This document shows, piece by piece, positions 1 through 12,462 of a DNA stretch of 64,000 bases; within the stretch, counting starts at the first letter, position 1; each line of letters begins with the position of its first letter. The position numbers were made by a program, and so were the translations under genes. The notes beneath the pieces were generated by a model. The model did not search any database. It was not told the origin of the DNA and saw only the letters and a list, made by a program, of their open reading frames with translations. The DNA is from Pseudomonadota bacterium (lineage in GTDB: Bacteria; Pseudomonadota; Gammaproteobacteria; Thiotrichales; Thiotrichaceae), in the NCBI GenBank assembly GCA_039797295.1, contig JBDKID010000003.1, forward strand, positions 27,502 to 91,501, given 5' to 3'.

Positions 1-2
1 TG

Positions 3-146
3 TTTGATATTGGCTGGTCAAAACAAGCAGGGCGTAATTATTTCTATGAAGCAAAAGTGCAATCGCGCCGCCAGACATCCAAGCTGGTTTTGTTTGAAAA
101 CTCGGCGGTGGATGTCACGCTGGGGGTGCGTTGGCAGCTCGATTAG
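3..146 (+). CDS. 3' end of a probable outer-membrane beta-barrel protein (partial, runs off left edge)
   Basis: Open frame FDIGWSKQAGRNYFYEAKVQSRRQTSKLVLFENSAVDVTLGVRWQLD, stop TAG 144-146; alternating amphipathic final strand VTLGVRWQL. Confidence 0.55.
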   Translation, partial: FDIGWSKQAGRNYFYEAKVQSRRQTSKLVLFENSAVDVTLGVRWQLD

Positions 147-173
147 GGCACGCACTAAAGACTCAGATTCAAC

Positions 174-872
174 CTAATCTGCGTCCAATAAACGACGTAA
201 ACCTTGAATATTGGTCAGGTGTAACGTTTTGCCGTCTTTTTTAATCAAACCTTCTTTATCTAACAAGGTTAGGGTACGGGAAATACTTTCGCGTGTTGTA
301 CCTAACAAAATAGCAAGATCGTACTGTGTGGGAATGTTTTTAATGTTGATTACTTGTTGCGGATCAGCATTGGGGGGTACTTGCGCCAATAAGTAAGCTG
401 CTAAACGGTTTGAAATGTTTTGTTGCTGCAATACCATGCGGTGCAAGTTGTTCTTGCGAATAATGCCCGCCATGTTTTGCATAATGCGTTGCGACACTTG
501 GGGTACGGTGTAGATCAGGGTTTCAGCATCTTTCGGGGCAATCGAGAGTACGTCACAACCAGTGGTGGCTTGTACGGCAGCGGAACGTGGGTAGCCATCA
601 ATGACTGCCAGTTCACCAAAGTGCGTCGGGCCATCAATGATTGCTAAGGCGACTTCTTGCCCTTGGCGGTTGGTGGCTAACATGCGGACTTGACCATTCA
701 ACAGGAAGAAGAGGCGGCGGGACGTATCATTTTCTTCAATGATGTAGTCGCCTTTGCTGGCATGTTCAAACCGACACACTTTTGCCAAAGATGCTAAAAA
801 GTTTTCTGGTAAGCCAGTGAGTAAGGGAATTTGCCCCAATAATTTGACATGCACGGCTTTCATTGCATCCAT
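174..872 (-). CDS. Crp/Fnr family transcriptional regulator
   Basis: cNMP-binding domain (FGELA...RSA) and C-terminal HTH (TQYDLAILLGTTRESISRTL). Confidence 0.93.
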   Translation of the reverse strand: MDAMKAVHVKLLGQIPLLTGLPENFLASLAKVCRFEHASKGDYIIEENDTSRRLFFLLNGQVRMLATNRQGQEVALAIIDGPTHFGELAVIDGYPRSAAVQATTGCDVLSIAPKDAETLIYTVPQVSQRIMQNMAGIIRKNNLHRMVLQQQNISNRLAAYLLAQVPPNADPQQVINIKNIPTQYDLAILLGTTRESISRTLTLLDKEGLIKKDGKTLHLTNIQGLRRLLDAD

Positions 873-1083
873 TCTCCTCCGAGGTTAGTCGAAACACACA
901 ACTCTATAGGCATTTAAGCCTAGCATAGCTGACGCACAGTTTGTGTGGGTTTATGCATGTTTTTAGAGCGAAGACCTGTGAAACTGCGTTTGCTAGTATA
1001 CAGGTGTCGTGCGCAATGACCAAAAAGTGTCAGTAATGTGCGTTATCATGTTTAATGTAGGCAAAATCGGAGAACATAATCGG

Positions 1084-2004
1084 ATGAAACGTTGTTTGGC
1101 ACTGCTGGGTTTGTGGCTGGGGAGTCTGTTACCGGTGTATGGTGCTCCGCAGCTTACGATACAAGATTCGGTGGTAATCCCCGCGCAAACGGTACAAGGG
1201 GTCAAACTCAGTGAGTTATCCGGTTTAGCGTGGGATCAAGATGAACAATTGCTGTATGCCCTTTCCGACAAAGGTCGCTTGTTCCATTTTCGCTTGCAGT
1301 TAGCGGGGAATCGCATTGCTGCCGTAACGCCGGTTTATGCCGCTAATCTCATGGACTTGGCGGGCGAACAAATTAAGAAAGGACGGCGCGATTCCGAAGA
1401 TTTAACCATCTTAAATGCAGCGAATGGTAAGCACGGTGACTCGCAATTGGTGATTTCGTTTGAAGGTGAACCGCGCATTATTCGTTTTACCACGCAAGGT
1501 TTAGCGATTAAGAACATTGCCTTGCCGCCTGTGCTGCAAAATCGCCGTGTTTACCGTACCAATAATAAGCAATTGGAATCCGTGACTTTTCACCCACGTT
1601 ACGGCTTTCTGACTGCTCCCGAATTACCGTTGCGTGGTCAGCCATTGGGGGTTCACACGATTTATGCCATGAACGGTCAGCATTGGTCTTTTGCAGCGTA
1701 TCCGGCGGAAAATAGCGGCATTAGTGCTTTGGAAGCGTTACCCGATGGTAACTTATTAATTTTGGAACGTGCATGGTCGGGGTTATTGAGTCCTTTAACC
1801 GTGAGTTTGCGGTATTTGGATTTTCAGCAGTGCGTACCAAATGGGCAATGTCGTGTGCAAGATTTGCAGGTGATTTCCAGCCATATCTTCATTGATAACT
1901 ACGAAGGTTTGACTCATATTAAAGGTAATCAATACCTGATGGTCAGTGACGATGGCGATGAAAGCTTGCTCAATACCACCCTGACCTTATTCACCTTAAA
2001 TTGA
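1084..2004 (+). CDS. Secreted esterase-like activity of phytase family (beta-propeller) protein
   Basis: ORF 1009-2004; probable start ATG 1084 with signal peptide; ELSGLAWD...ALSDKG, DSEDL, ISALEAL, NYEGL...LMVSDD blade motifs. Confidence 0.8.
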   Translation: MKRCLALLGLWLGSLLPVYGAPQLTIQDSVVIPAQTVQGVKLSELSGLAWDQDEQLLYALSDKGRLFHFRLQLAGNRIAAVTPVYAANLMDLAGEQIKKGRRDSEDLTILNAANGKHGDSQLVISFEGEPRIIRFTTQGLAIKNIALPPVLQNRRVYRTNNKQLESVTFHPRYGFLTAPELPLRGQPLGVHTIYAMNGQHWSFAAYPAENSGISALEALPDGNLLILERAWSGLLSPLTVSLRYLDFQQCVPNGQCRVQDLQVISSHIFIDNYEGLTHIKGNQYLMVSDDGDESLLNTTLTLFTLN

Positions 2005-2048
2005 ATGAAATTGAATCTAGCTTGCGTCTTGTGCTTGGAGTATTTGGA

Positions 2049-3161
2049 ATGAGTGCAAACCGAAACCTGAAACTGTGGTTATTGCTCGGCATTTTACTGT
2101 CATTAGGTGCGGTGTGGTTGCCGTGGTCTGCTGATGCGAAAGGTGTTGGTGAGCCGCGAGCCGTGACTAGCCGTGGTGATCTGACCAGCGACGAACAAAG
2201 CACCATTAGTGTGTTTGAACAAAACAGCTCTTCCGTGGTTTATATCACCACTGTTGAAAAAGTCATGGATGTGTGGACACGTAATGTCAGCGAAGTACCG
2301 AGCGGTACGGGTAGTGGTTTCGTGTGGGATGATGAAGAGCATATTGTTACCAATAACCACGTCGTCGAAGGGCATAGAACCGCCAAAGTACGACTTTCGG
2401 ATCAGCGCGTCTTGGATGCCGTTGTGGTGGGAACAAGTCCCCAACACGATCTGGCAGTGCTCAAATTGCAACATACCCAAGACGTACCGCAAGCCGTGCA
2501 AGTGGGGAGCAGTCGTGATCTGAAAGTGGGGCAAAAAGTCCTAGCGATTGGCAACCCGTTTGGTTTGGATCATACCTTGACCTCCGGCATTATTTCCGCG
2601 TTAAACCGCAGCATTGACGGCGAAAATGGCAAAGGCATGGAAGGTTTAATTCAAACCGATGCGGCGATTAACCCCGGCAATTCCGGCGGGCCATTGTTGG
2701 ACAGTGCCGGACGTTTAATCGGCGTGAATGTGGCAATTTACAGTCCATCTGGTGCGTCGGCGGGGATCGGTTTCGCCATTCCGGTGGATACGGTGAATCG
2801 TGTCGTGCCGCGTTTAATCAAAGACGGGCGTTATGCGCGTCCAGTTTTGGGCGTTATGTCGGAAGATTCCGTCAGTAAAAAACTCACCGATAAACTGGAT
2901 ACGTTTGGTTTGCTGGTGCTGAAAGTGTCGCCGGATTCACCTGCCGCGCAAGTCGGAATGCGGGGTACGCAAATCACTTCCGATGGTGAATTGATTATTG
3001 GCGATATTATCCAAGCCATTGATGACAAAGAAGTGCGTTCGATAGACGATTTGTCGCGCGTGTTGGATGGGTATGCACCGAATAGCACGGTGCAGGTACA
3101 CATTCTGCGTGGTGGCAAAACCGAATTGGATTTAACGGTCGAACTCAGCTTGTTGCAGTGA
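2049..3161 (+). CDS. HtrA/DegP-family serine protease with single PDZ domain
   Basis: TNNHVV, HDLAVL, INPGNSGGPL catalytic triad, C-terminal PDZ, N-terminal hydrophobic segment; start 2049 preferred over 2001. Confidence 0.93.
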   Translation: MSANRNLKLWLLLGILLSLGAVWLPWSADAKGVGEPRAVTSRGDLTSDEQSTISVFEQNSSSVVYITTVEKVMDVWTRNVSEVPSGTGSGFVWDDEEHIVTNNHVVEGHRTAKVRLSDQRVLDAVVVGTSPQHDLAVLKLQHTQDVPQAVQVGSSRDLKVGQKVLAIGNPFGLDHTLTSGIISALNRSIDGENGKGMEGLIQTDAAINPGNSGGPLLDSAGRLIGVNVAIYSPSGASAGIGFAIPVDTVNRVVPRLIKDGRYARPVLGVMSEDSVSKKLTDKLDTFGLLVLKVSPDSPAAQVGMRGTQITSDGELIIGDIIQAIDDKEVRSIDDLSRVLDGYAPNSTVQVHILRGGKTELDLTVELSLLQ

Positions 3162-3171
3162 TGTACGAACA

Positions 3172-3200
3172 GACGCTCTCCAGTTAAAGCAGAGAGCGTC
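3172..3200. terminator. Hairpin between convergent protease and thiC genes
   Basis: GACGCTCTC-11 nt-GAGAGCGTC perfect 9-bp stem; no clear U tract. Confidence 0.45.
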
Positions 3201-3232
3201 CGTCTGGTGTCAACGTAAACCTACGCGTAAAT

Positions 3233-5128
<1,896 letters not shown>

Positions 5129-5219
5129 TCACTCAGCTCTACATATTAGCGGTCAACTACTTTAACAGATTCATTAACTCGCAGGTATAAGTCGTCGTTT
5201 CGGTATTGGAATAGCGGGT

Positions 5220-5228
5220 TGCTATACT
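5220..5228 (+). promoter_or_regulatory. Extended -10 element (TGC-TATACT) for small ORF 5272
   Basis: TGCTATACT 44 nt upstream of ATG; GGGAGGA SD follows. Confidence 0.5.
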
Positions 5229-5271
5229 TCAAACGAGACGCTGACACTGGGAATGATGGGAGGATACTCGT

Positions 5272-5499
5272 ATGTTTAAATGGTTATTCACGCGCTTGGT
5301 TGACGTTTTGCTCGTATTTCTGATCGTAACTGGCTTGTTATGGTACGGTGCTGTGCATTATCCGCAGTTTTTCCCAGCGCAGTTTTTCAGTTATTGGCAA
5401 GTGGCTAAGCCCGTATCTGTCACGCCAACTGTCACCAATGCGGTTTCCGGTGTGACAAATGATGTTGTACCGAACGGCACATCTAAGGTGCAACCCTAA
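5272..5499 (+). CDS. Small hypothetical single-pass membrane protein (75 aa)
   Basis: Strong SD (GGGAGGA), N-terminal hydrophobic helix, Thr/Val/Pro-rich tail. Confidence 0.65.
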   Translation: MFKWLFTRLVDVLLVFLIVTGLLWYGAVHYPQFFPAQFFSYWQVAKPVSVTPTVTNAVSGVTNDVVPNGTSKVQP

Positions 5500-5525
5500 A
5501 AGTAATCTGCTATTGTTGCGCCCCT

Positions 5526-5881
<356 letters not shown>

Positions 5882-6053
5882 GTTTTCTTTATTGCCACTT
5901 TAAATTTAAATACATCATTATTTTATTTGAAGTGGAATATCAAATTTTTACTCTACCTTAATGTTTTGAATGAAAATTAATATATTATTCTTATTTTTTA
6001 AACAAACTTTAGGGTAAGTAATTGTAGATTAATGCTACTTCTTCGTGATTTCA

Positions 6054-6082
6054 TTGACAGCTTGTCAATGTCTGCCTATATT
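6054..6082 (+). promoter_or_regulatory. Sigma70 promoter of the dcw cluster
   Basis: TTGACA (6054-6059), 17-bp spacer, TATATT (6077-6082), preceded by a very AT-rich tract. Confidence 0.8.
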
Positions 6083-6091
6083 TCCGTTGCA

Positions 6092-6120
6092 GTAGAAAAA
6101 TGTGGAAAAAAGTGGGAAGA
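6092..6120 (+). promoter_or_regulatory. MraZ-box-like direct repeats
   Basis: GTAGA / GTGGA / GTGGG at 6092, 6102, 6112 (10-bp period) between promoter and mraZ; resembles known TGGG/GTGG operator repeats. Confidence 0.65.
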
Positions 6121-6151
6121 TTTCCCTGATAACTAGCTGGGGATGCACTAC

Positions 6152-6418
6152 GTGTTACGTGGTATTTCAGTGGTTGTTCTGAGATAACAAAGACAGCTTT
6201 GCCATCCCAACGAGAGACCGTGACGTGCTGGCACAAACAGCGGGCAAACAAGTCATTGTCATGGTTGATCACACCGATAAATGCCTTCTGATTTACCCAA
6301 TAAATGGGTAAAAGTGGAAAAAATTCTGATGTCGCTACCCAATATGAATCGACGTGTACGTAACATGCAACGCCTGATCGTAGGGCATACAGCGGAACTC
6401 AATCAGGTTTCCCAGTAA
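6152..6418 (+). pseudogene. mraZ: Degraded mraZ (two frameshifts, second AbrB-like domain missing)
   Basis: Fragments MLRGISVVVL / DNKDSFAIPTRDRDVL...VDHTDKCLLIYP / [32 protein letters not shown] in three frames; stops at 6185 and 6309; final TAA overlaps rsmH ATG. Confidence 0.88.
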
Positions 6419-7356
6419 TGACAATAAGCAATTGGAAACACGATACAGTCTTATTGCAAGAGGCTGTTGAAGCTCTGAATATTCAGTCTTCTGGTATTTA
6501 TGTTGATGGTACATACGGGCGTGGTGGTCACTCAGCGTTGATTTTAGGTCAGTTGGGAACGCAGGGACACCTCGTCGTGACGGATAAAGATCCCACCGCA
6601 ATTGCTCACGCACGGCTACAATATGCCGAAGATGCGCGAGTAGCGGTCTGGCATGGTTCTTTCTGTGAATTTCCTGAAGCATTAACCGTAGCAGGTTTAG
6701 GCAATCGTATTGATGGCTTATTGCTGGATTTGGGTGTGTCTTCACCACAGATTGACGATGCGGAACGTGGCTTTAGCTTTATGCGTGATGGGCCTTTGGA
6801 TATGCGCATGAATACGGCGGCGGGTGATAGTGCCGCCGAATGGTTGGCGCGTGCTCCCGAAGCTGAAATTGCCGACGTATTATGGCGTTATGGCGAAGAA
6901 AAGTTTTCGCGGCACATTGCGCGTAAAATCGTTAGCGTGCGCATACAAACACCTTTAGTGACAACCTTGCAACTGGCGGATTTAATCGCGGATGTTGTGC
7001 GTAAGCGTGAACCGGGTAAGCATCCAGCAACACGCAGTTTCCAAGCCATCCGCATTAAGGTCAACCGTGAATTAGAGGATGTGGAATTGTGCTTACGCCA
7101 AGCGGTGGCGCAATTAGCTCCCGGTGGTCGGTTGGTAGTGATTAGTTTCCATTCCTTGGAAGACCGTATCGTGAAACATTATTTACGTGAGGTTTCCACA
7201 CCACCTGCATTACCTAGAGGTTTGCCTGTGATGCCGCAGCAAGTGCAGCCACCCATGCGGTTGGTGGGAAAAGCAGTCCGCGCGGGTGATGAAGAGGTTG
7301 CTAATAATGTGCGTTCACGGAGTGCGATTATGCGTATTGCGGAGCGGGTGACATGA
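6418..7356 (+). CDS. rsmH: 16S rRNA C1402 N4-methyltransferase RsmH
   Basis: [56 protein letters not shown]. Confidence 0.98.
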   Translation: MTISNWKHDTVLLQEAVEALNIQSSGIYVDGTYGRGGHSALILGQLGTQGHLVVTDKDPTAIAHARLQYAEDARVAVWHGSFCEFPEALTVAGLGNRIDGLLLDLGVSSPQIDDAERGFSFMRDGPLDMRMNTAAGDSAAEWLARAPEAEIADVLWRYGEEKFSRHIARKIVSVRIQTPLVTTLQLADLIADVVRKREPGKHPATRSFQAIRIKVNRELEDVELCLRQAVAQLAPGGRLVVISFHSLEDRIVKHYLREVSTPPALPRGLPVMPQQVQPPMRLVGKAVRAGDEEVANNVRSRSAIMRIAERVT

Positions 7357-7625
7357 GTCGGTGGCAGGTACTGGGTGTATTTACTTTGTACTTTGTGGTG
7401 TTGGGATTGGCATTGTTAGTGGTGAATAACCGCCATCATGCACGTCAATTATTCGCGGAAATCCAAGAGTTAGAGAAAGAACGTGATGAAAAAAGTGCAG
7501 ATTGGAGTCGTTTAAAGTTAGAACAAAGTGCGCGTTTAAACCAAATCTTGGTGGAATCGCGGGCTAGACAGGATTTGGGAATGCAGAAACCTTCCGCAGA
7601 TAATATCAAGGTTATACGTGAGTGA
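7353..7625 (+). CDS. ftsL: Cell division protein FtsL
   Basis: TM helix plus coiled coil (WSRLKLEQS...ARQDLGM), canonical position. Confidence 0.9.
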   Translation: MSRWQVLGVFTLYFVVLGLALLVVNNRHHARQLFAEIQELEKERDEKSADWSRLKLEQSARLNQILVESRARQDLGMQKPSADNIKVIRE

Positions 7626-9580
7626 AACGTCGGCAGCTTAAATCACCCGTTTTTCAGGGTAGACGCTTATTCTTGATGCTGACTTTGTTGGGGGTGATCG
7701 GCATTTTATTATTGCGTGCAGTATGGTTAGAAGTTTTTCAGCAGCAATGGTTACAACAACAAGCTGATAAACGCCAAATGCGCGTGGTGACGATTCCAGC
7801 CTATCGTGGCATGATTTTGGATCGTAATGGCGACCCAATGGCGATCAGTTCGCCGGTATCCTCGTTATGGTGTAACCCGCAAGACTTACTCAAAGCACGC
7901 GAAGATTTGCGCCACGAAGCTGCCGCATCTGTGCCGGATGCTAAAACCGCTGAGAAATCTGCCACCGATAAAACCAAAGATCGAGACCCCATTGATGCAT
8001 CATTAGAGCATGATCGGGCTGTGAAAAAGTTTGCGCAGTTGGAGGCGGGTTTACAGCACATCGAGGAAGAACTGGGCATGAAGTCGGGCGAATTGGTCGA
8101 AAAGCTCGAAAAAGCCAGTGATAAACAGTTTTTCTATTTGGGTCGGCAGTTGCCATTAGAAGTTGCTGATGAGATTTTGGCACTGGATTTACCGGGCGTT
8201 ACCTCAACGCGCGAATACCGTCGTTATTACCCATTAGCCGAAACCGCAGGGCACGTTGTTGGCATGACCAATATCGATGGCAATGGCATTGAAGGCATTG
8301 AGAAAGCACGCAATGACACGTTAGCGGGTAAAAATGGTAAAACGCGCGTGGTGCGGGATGCGAAAGGCAAATTAGTGGAAAGCGTGGTGCATTTGGATGA
8401 AATGCAACCCGGACAAGACGTGCAGTTAAGCATTGACCGGCGCATTCAGTATTTAGCCTACAAAGAATTAAAAACGCGCGTTTATGAACTGAATGCCAAA
8501 GCGGGTTCGGCGGTGGTATTGGATGCCCACACGGGTGAGATTTTGGCAATGGCGAATGTGCCGTCATTTAACCCCAATAATCGCAAAGACATTGATGCCT
8601 CGTTATACCGTAATCGGGCGGTAACAGATAAATCCGAACCCGGTTCCACACTGAAACCGTTAACCATTTCGGCTGCGTTAGAAGCGCGGGCAATCGGCCC
8701 TGATGTGGAAATTAATACTTCACCGGGGCGGATTAACTTTGGCAAATACGTGGTGAAAGACCCGAAAGATTACGGCTCGATTAGTTTGGCAACCATTTTG
8801 GCGAAATCCAGTAACGTCGGGGCAAGCCGTGTGGCTTTGCTCATGAGTGCACGCGATCAATGGATGTTTTTAAATCGTGTCGGATTCGGACGTGTACCCG
8901 ATGCTGGTTTTTCTGGTGAGTCCTCCGGTCAGTTAACCAGTTACACCACTTGGGGTATGGTGGATCGGGCTTCGCACGGTTATGGTTACGGTTTATCTGC
9001 CAGTTTGTTACAAATTACCCATGCTTATGCCGCATTGGCAGCGAATGGCATGATGGTGCCCGCTACGATTTACAAATTGGATAAACCTGTCGTTGGTCAG
9101 CAAGTAATGAGTGCCGATAATGCTCGTGCGGTTGTACGCCTGATGGAAGCCGTCGTGCAAAAAGGCGGAACGGGCGAGAAAGCCATGATTGAAGGTTATC
9201 GGGTTGCGGGCAAAACGGGGACAGCATACAAATACATCAATAATGCTTATCGCAATGATCGTTACATGACCAGCTTTATTGGGGTTGCACCAGCAAGCCG
9301 TCCGCGTTTGGTGGTTGCCATTCAAATTGATGAACCCAAAGTGGAGGACAGTGGTGGTCGTGCTGCGGCACCTGTGTTTTCCAAAGTGATGGGGGAAGCT
9401 TTGCGTTTGCTTGATATTCCACCTGATAATTTACCTGATGTGAAACCTGTGCAACAACAGCAACAATTAATGACTACACCAACCGCGCCCACTCAAGCGG
9501 TGTCGCCATCCTCAACAGCCGTCGAACCGCCTGTGCCGATGGGGGCAGCGGCAACCAGCAAGGGAGGGACGGTAGAATGA
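7622..9580 (+). CDS. ftsI: Penicillin-binding protein 3 FtsI, with N-terminal insertion and C-terminal tail
   Basis: RGMILDRNG, EPGSTLKP (SxxK), SSNVG (SxN), KTGT motifs. Confidence 0.97.
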   Translation: MKRRQLKSPVFQGRRLFLMLTLLGVIGILLLRAVWLEVFQQQWLQQQADKRQMRVVTIPAYRGMILDRNGDPMAISSPVSSLWCNPQDLLKAREDLRHEAAASVPDAKTAEKSATDKTKDRDPIDASLEHDRAVKKFAQLEAGLQHIEEELGMKSGELVEKLEKASDKQFFYLGRQLPLEVADEILALDLPGVTSTREYRRYYPLAETAGHVVGMTNIDGNGIEGIEKARNDTLAGKNGKTRVVRDAKGKLVESVVHLDEMQPGQDVQLSIDRRIQYLAYKELKTRVYELNAKAGSAVVLDAHTGEILAMANVPSFNPNNRKDIDASLYRNRAVTDKSEPGSTLKPLTISAALEARAIGPDVEINTSPGRINFGKYVVKDPKDYGSISLATILAKSSNVGASRVALLMSARDQWMFLNRVGFGRVPDAGFSGESSGQLTSYTTWGMVDRASHGYGYGLSASLLQITHAYAALAANGMMVPATIYKLDKPVVGQQVMSADNARAVVRLMEAVVQKGGTGEKAMIEGYRVAGKTGTAYKYINNAYRNDRYMTSFIGVAPASRPRLVVAIQIDEPKVEDSGGRAAAPVFSKVMGEALRLLDIPPDNLPDVKPVQQQQQLMTTPTAPTQAVSPSSTAVEPPVPMGAAATSKGGTVE

Positions 9581-11106
9581 TGTCTCTACGCCTTTTATTA
9601 GCCGATGTGGTTGCCGATCTTGCCACTGTGCCCGATGTGGCCGTCACAGGGTTGACCTTGGATAACCGTAAAGTGCAAGCGGGCATGGCATTCGTTGCCC
9701 TGCGTGGTACGCGCCAACACGGTTTGGCTTATGCCACAGCGGCTGTCGAAGCGGGTGCTGTGGTCGTGCTGTATGAGCCAGAAAATGTTTTGCAACAGCC
9801 ACCCTTGTCGGTCGAGTCTGTACCCGTGCCTGCATTACGCGAGCATTTGGGTACACTCGCCGACCGTTTTAACGCCGCGCCGAGTGCCGACTTATTCATG
9901 GTCGGGGTAACGGGTACGGATGGCAAAACGTCTGTCACGCACTTCATTGCTGAAGCTTTAAACGCTAAGTTGGATGCCAACACCGTCACCGCTACCGCAG
10001 GGGTGATTGGTACGTTGGGTTTGGGTTGCCCCGGTCAATTAGCTCCGGCAACGCACACCACGCCAGATGCATTAACCGTACACACTGTCTTAGCCGAATT
10101 ACGGCAGGCTGGATTGCAAAGTGTGGCAATGGAAGTGTCGTCGCACGCTTTGGATCAAGGGCGTGTGAATGGCATTCGTTTTGATGTTGCGGTGCTTACC
10201 AATTTGACGCGCGACCATTTGGATTATCACGGTACGGTCGAGGCGTATGCGGATGCCAAACGTCGTTTGTTCCATTGGCAAGGTTTACGCGCGGTGGTGT
10301 TGAATCTTGATGATGCATTCGGGCAGCAATTGGCGCGTGAAGTCGCTGAATCTACGCCGGGTGTGCAAATCATTGGGTATGGTGTGGGCAATCCTGCTGC
10401 TTATCCCGCTAATACACTGGTGGCAACGGCTGCGGTTTTTGATCACAGCGGTATTCGTGCGCAAGTCACTAGCCCGTGGGGAACGGGAACATTACAAGCT
10501 CCGGTATTGGGGCAATTCAATCTGCATAATTTGTTAGCCGCGCTGGGCGTATTGGTCGCGCAAGGCATTCCCATGAGCGAAGCTTTGCAACGTTTACAGC
10601 ACGTTTGGGTTGTACCGGGACGTATAGAGCGCGTTATTGCTGATCCAGTCGCTGAACGGGATAACGAGCGATTGGTGGTGGTGGATTATGCCCACACCCC
10701 AGCAGCGTTAGCGCAGGTATTAAAAGCAGTGCGCGTGCATACCCGTGGTCGCTTGCTGTGCGTGTTTGGCTGCGGTGGGGATCGGGATCGTGGTAAGCGT
10801 CCGCTCATGGCACAAACCGTGGAAGCGGCGGCGGATGTGGTGATTGTGACCGATGATAATCCGCGCACTGAAAATCCACAGCAAATCATGGCGGATATTC
10901 TGCAAGGCTTCCAGAACCCCGCGCAGGTGTTGGTGGAACATGACCGTGCCGCCGCGATTCGTTTAGCGATTACGCAAGCGCAAGTGGGCGATACGGTGCT
11001 GATTGCAGGCAAAGGGCACGAAACCGTGCAAATTCTCGCGCATGGCACTGTGCCATTCGATGATCGTGTACAAGCTGCTTTGGCATTACAGGAGTGTGGC
11101 GCATGA
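9577..11106 (+). CDS. murE: UDP-MurNAc-Ala-Glu:meso-DAP ligase MurE
   Basis: GVTGTDGKTS, HTTPD, MEVSSHAL, DYAHTP, DDNPR (DAP-type). Confidence 0.97.
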   Translation: MMSLRLLLADVVADLATVPDVAVTGLTLDNRKVQAGMAFVALRGTRQHGLAYATAAVEAGAVVVLYEPENVLQQPPLSVESVPVPALREHLGTLADRFNAAPSADLFMVGVTGTDGKTSVTHFIAEALNAKLDANTVTATAGVIGTLGLGCPGQLAPATHTTPDALTVHTVLAELRQAGLQSVAMEVSSHALDQGRVNGIRFDVAVLTNLTRDHLDYHGTVEAYADAKRRLFHWQGLRAVVLNLDDAFGQQLAREVAESTPGVQIIGYGVGNPAAYPANTLVATAAVFDHSGIRAQVTSPWGTGTLQAPVLGQFNLHNLLAALGVLVAQGIPMSEALQRLQHVWVVPGRIERVIADPVAERDNERLVVVDYAHTPAALAQVLKAVRVHTRGRLLCVFGCGGDRDRGKRPLMAQTVEAAADVVIVTDDNPRTENPQQIMADILQGFQNPAQVLVEHDRAAAIRLAITQAQVGDTVLIAGKGHETVQILAHGTVPFDDRVQAALALQECGA

Positions 11107-12461
11107 GCTGGTTAATGCTTTCACAAATTGCTCAGATGACGGGTGGGACATTGCACGGTGACGATGTGGCGATTGCACGTGTGGAACGCGATTCGCGCAC
11201 CGTACAAAGCGGGGATTTGTTTCTCGCGTTGCAAGGCGAACGCTTTGATGCGCATGACTTCGTGCCACAAGTGGCGGGCAAAGCCAGTGCCGCATTGGTG
11301 GTACGGCGGATTGATGCAGCAATCCCACAAGTCGTGGTCGATGATGTGCGCTTAGCCTTAGGTCGTTTGGCGGCAGCTTGGCGGCAACAATTTCACCAAC
11401 CTGTCATTGGTTTAACGGGTAGTAATGGTAAAACCACGCTGAAAGAAATGCTCACCGCGATTTTATCCCAACAGGGGCAAACCTTAGCCACGATTGGCAA
11501 TTTGAACAATGATTTGGGGATGCCGCTGACCTTATTGCGTTTGCGTAAAGATGATCAATTCGCCGTGATTGAAATGGGTGCGAATCATTTTGGCGAAATT
11601 GCTTACTTAACTGAGATTGCGCAACCGAATATTGCGATTCTGAATAATGCGGGTAATGCGCATTTGGAAGGTTTCGGCGATTTAGCGGGTGTGGCACGCG
11701 CGAAAGGTGAAATCTTTGCGGGATTGCAGGCGGGTGGCATTGCGATTATCAATGCTGATGATGCTTACGCTGCTTATTGGTTAGGGCTGAATACCGAGCG
11801 GCAAGTCTTACGCTTTGGCATGACAAACGCTGCCGATGTGTTTGGCACGGTGGATGCGGCAAATCAGTTTTACATTCATGCCCAAGGCGAACAAGTTGCG
11901 GTTAACCTGCATTTGTTAGGGCGACATAATCAATTGAACGCGCTGGCGGCTGCGGCTGCGGCGTTGGCATTAGGCATTAAGCTGGCAACGATTGCTGAGG
12001 GCTTGGCAACGTTGCAGGCTGTAAAAGGGCGTTTGTGCCCAAAACGGGGCAAACACGGCGGCATGGTGATTGATGACACTTACAATGCTAACCCGACATC
12101 GACTGCCGCTGCGGTGGCGGTGTTAGCCAGCGTACAGGGACGCAAAATCATGGTACTTGGGGACATGGGCGAATTGGGCGATACGGGCGTAGCCCTTCAT
12201 GCAGCGATTGGGCAACAAGCTGCCTCTCAAGGGGTGGATGCGTTGTACACGCTGGGTACATTGAGTACAGCAGCCAGTCAAGCGTTTGGGGAAATGCTTG
12301 GTCATGCACCTTTGCATTTTACGGCACTCGCTGATTTATTGACGGTTCTGGAACAGGATTTGCAGCCGGGAACGACGGTGCTGGTTAAGGGATCTCGTTC
12401 TGCGCGAATGGAGCGCGTTGTAGATGCTTTGACAATGGGAATAATGCAGGAGGCTGCTTAA
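11103..12461 (+). CDS. murF: UDP-MurNAc-tripeptide:D-Ala-D-Ala ligase MurF
   Basis: [38 protein letters not shown]. Confidence 0.97.
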   Translation: MSWLMLSQIAQMTGGTLHGDDVAIARVERDSRTVQSGDLFLALQGERFDAHDFVPQVAGKASAALVVRRIDAAIPQVVVDDVRLALGRLAAAWRQQFHQPVIGLTGSNGKTTLKEMLTAILSQQGQTLATIGNLNNDLGMPLTLLRLRKDDQFAVIEMGANHFGEIAYLTEIAQPNIAILNNAGNAHLEGFGDLAGVARAKGEIFAGLQAGGIAIINADDAYAAYWLGLNTERQVLRFGMTNAADVFGTVDAANQFYIHAQGEQVAVNLHLLGRHNQLNALAAAAAALALGIKLATIAEGLATLQAVKGRLCPKRGKHGGMVIDDTYNANPTSTAAAVAVLASVQGRKIMVLGDMGELGDTGVALHAAIGQQAASQGVDALYTLGTLSTAASQAFGEMLGHAPLHFTALADLLTVLEQDLQPGTTVLVKGSRSARMERVVDALTMGIMQEAA

Positions 12462-12462
12462 C

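Noticed and set aside
5882-6050. Very AT-rich tract as foreign DNA
   Set aside because: Non-coding and directly upstream of a strong promoter; better explained as an UP-element region.
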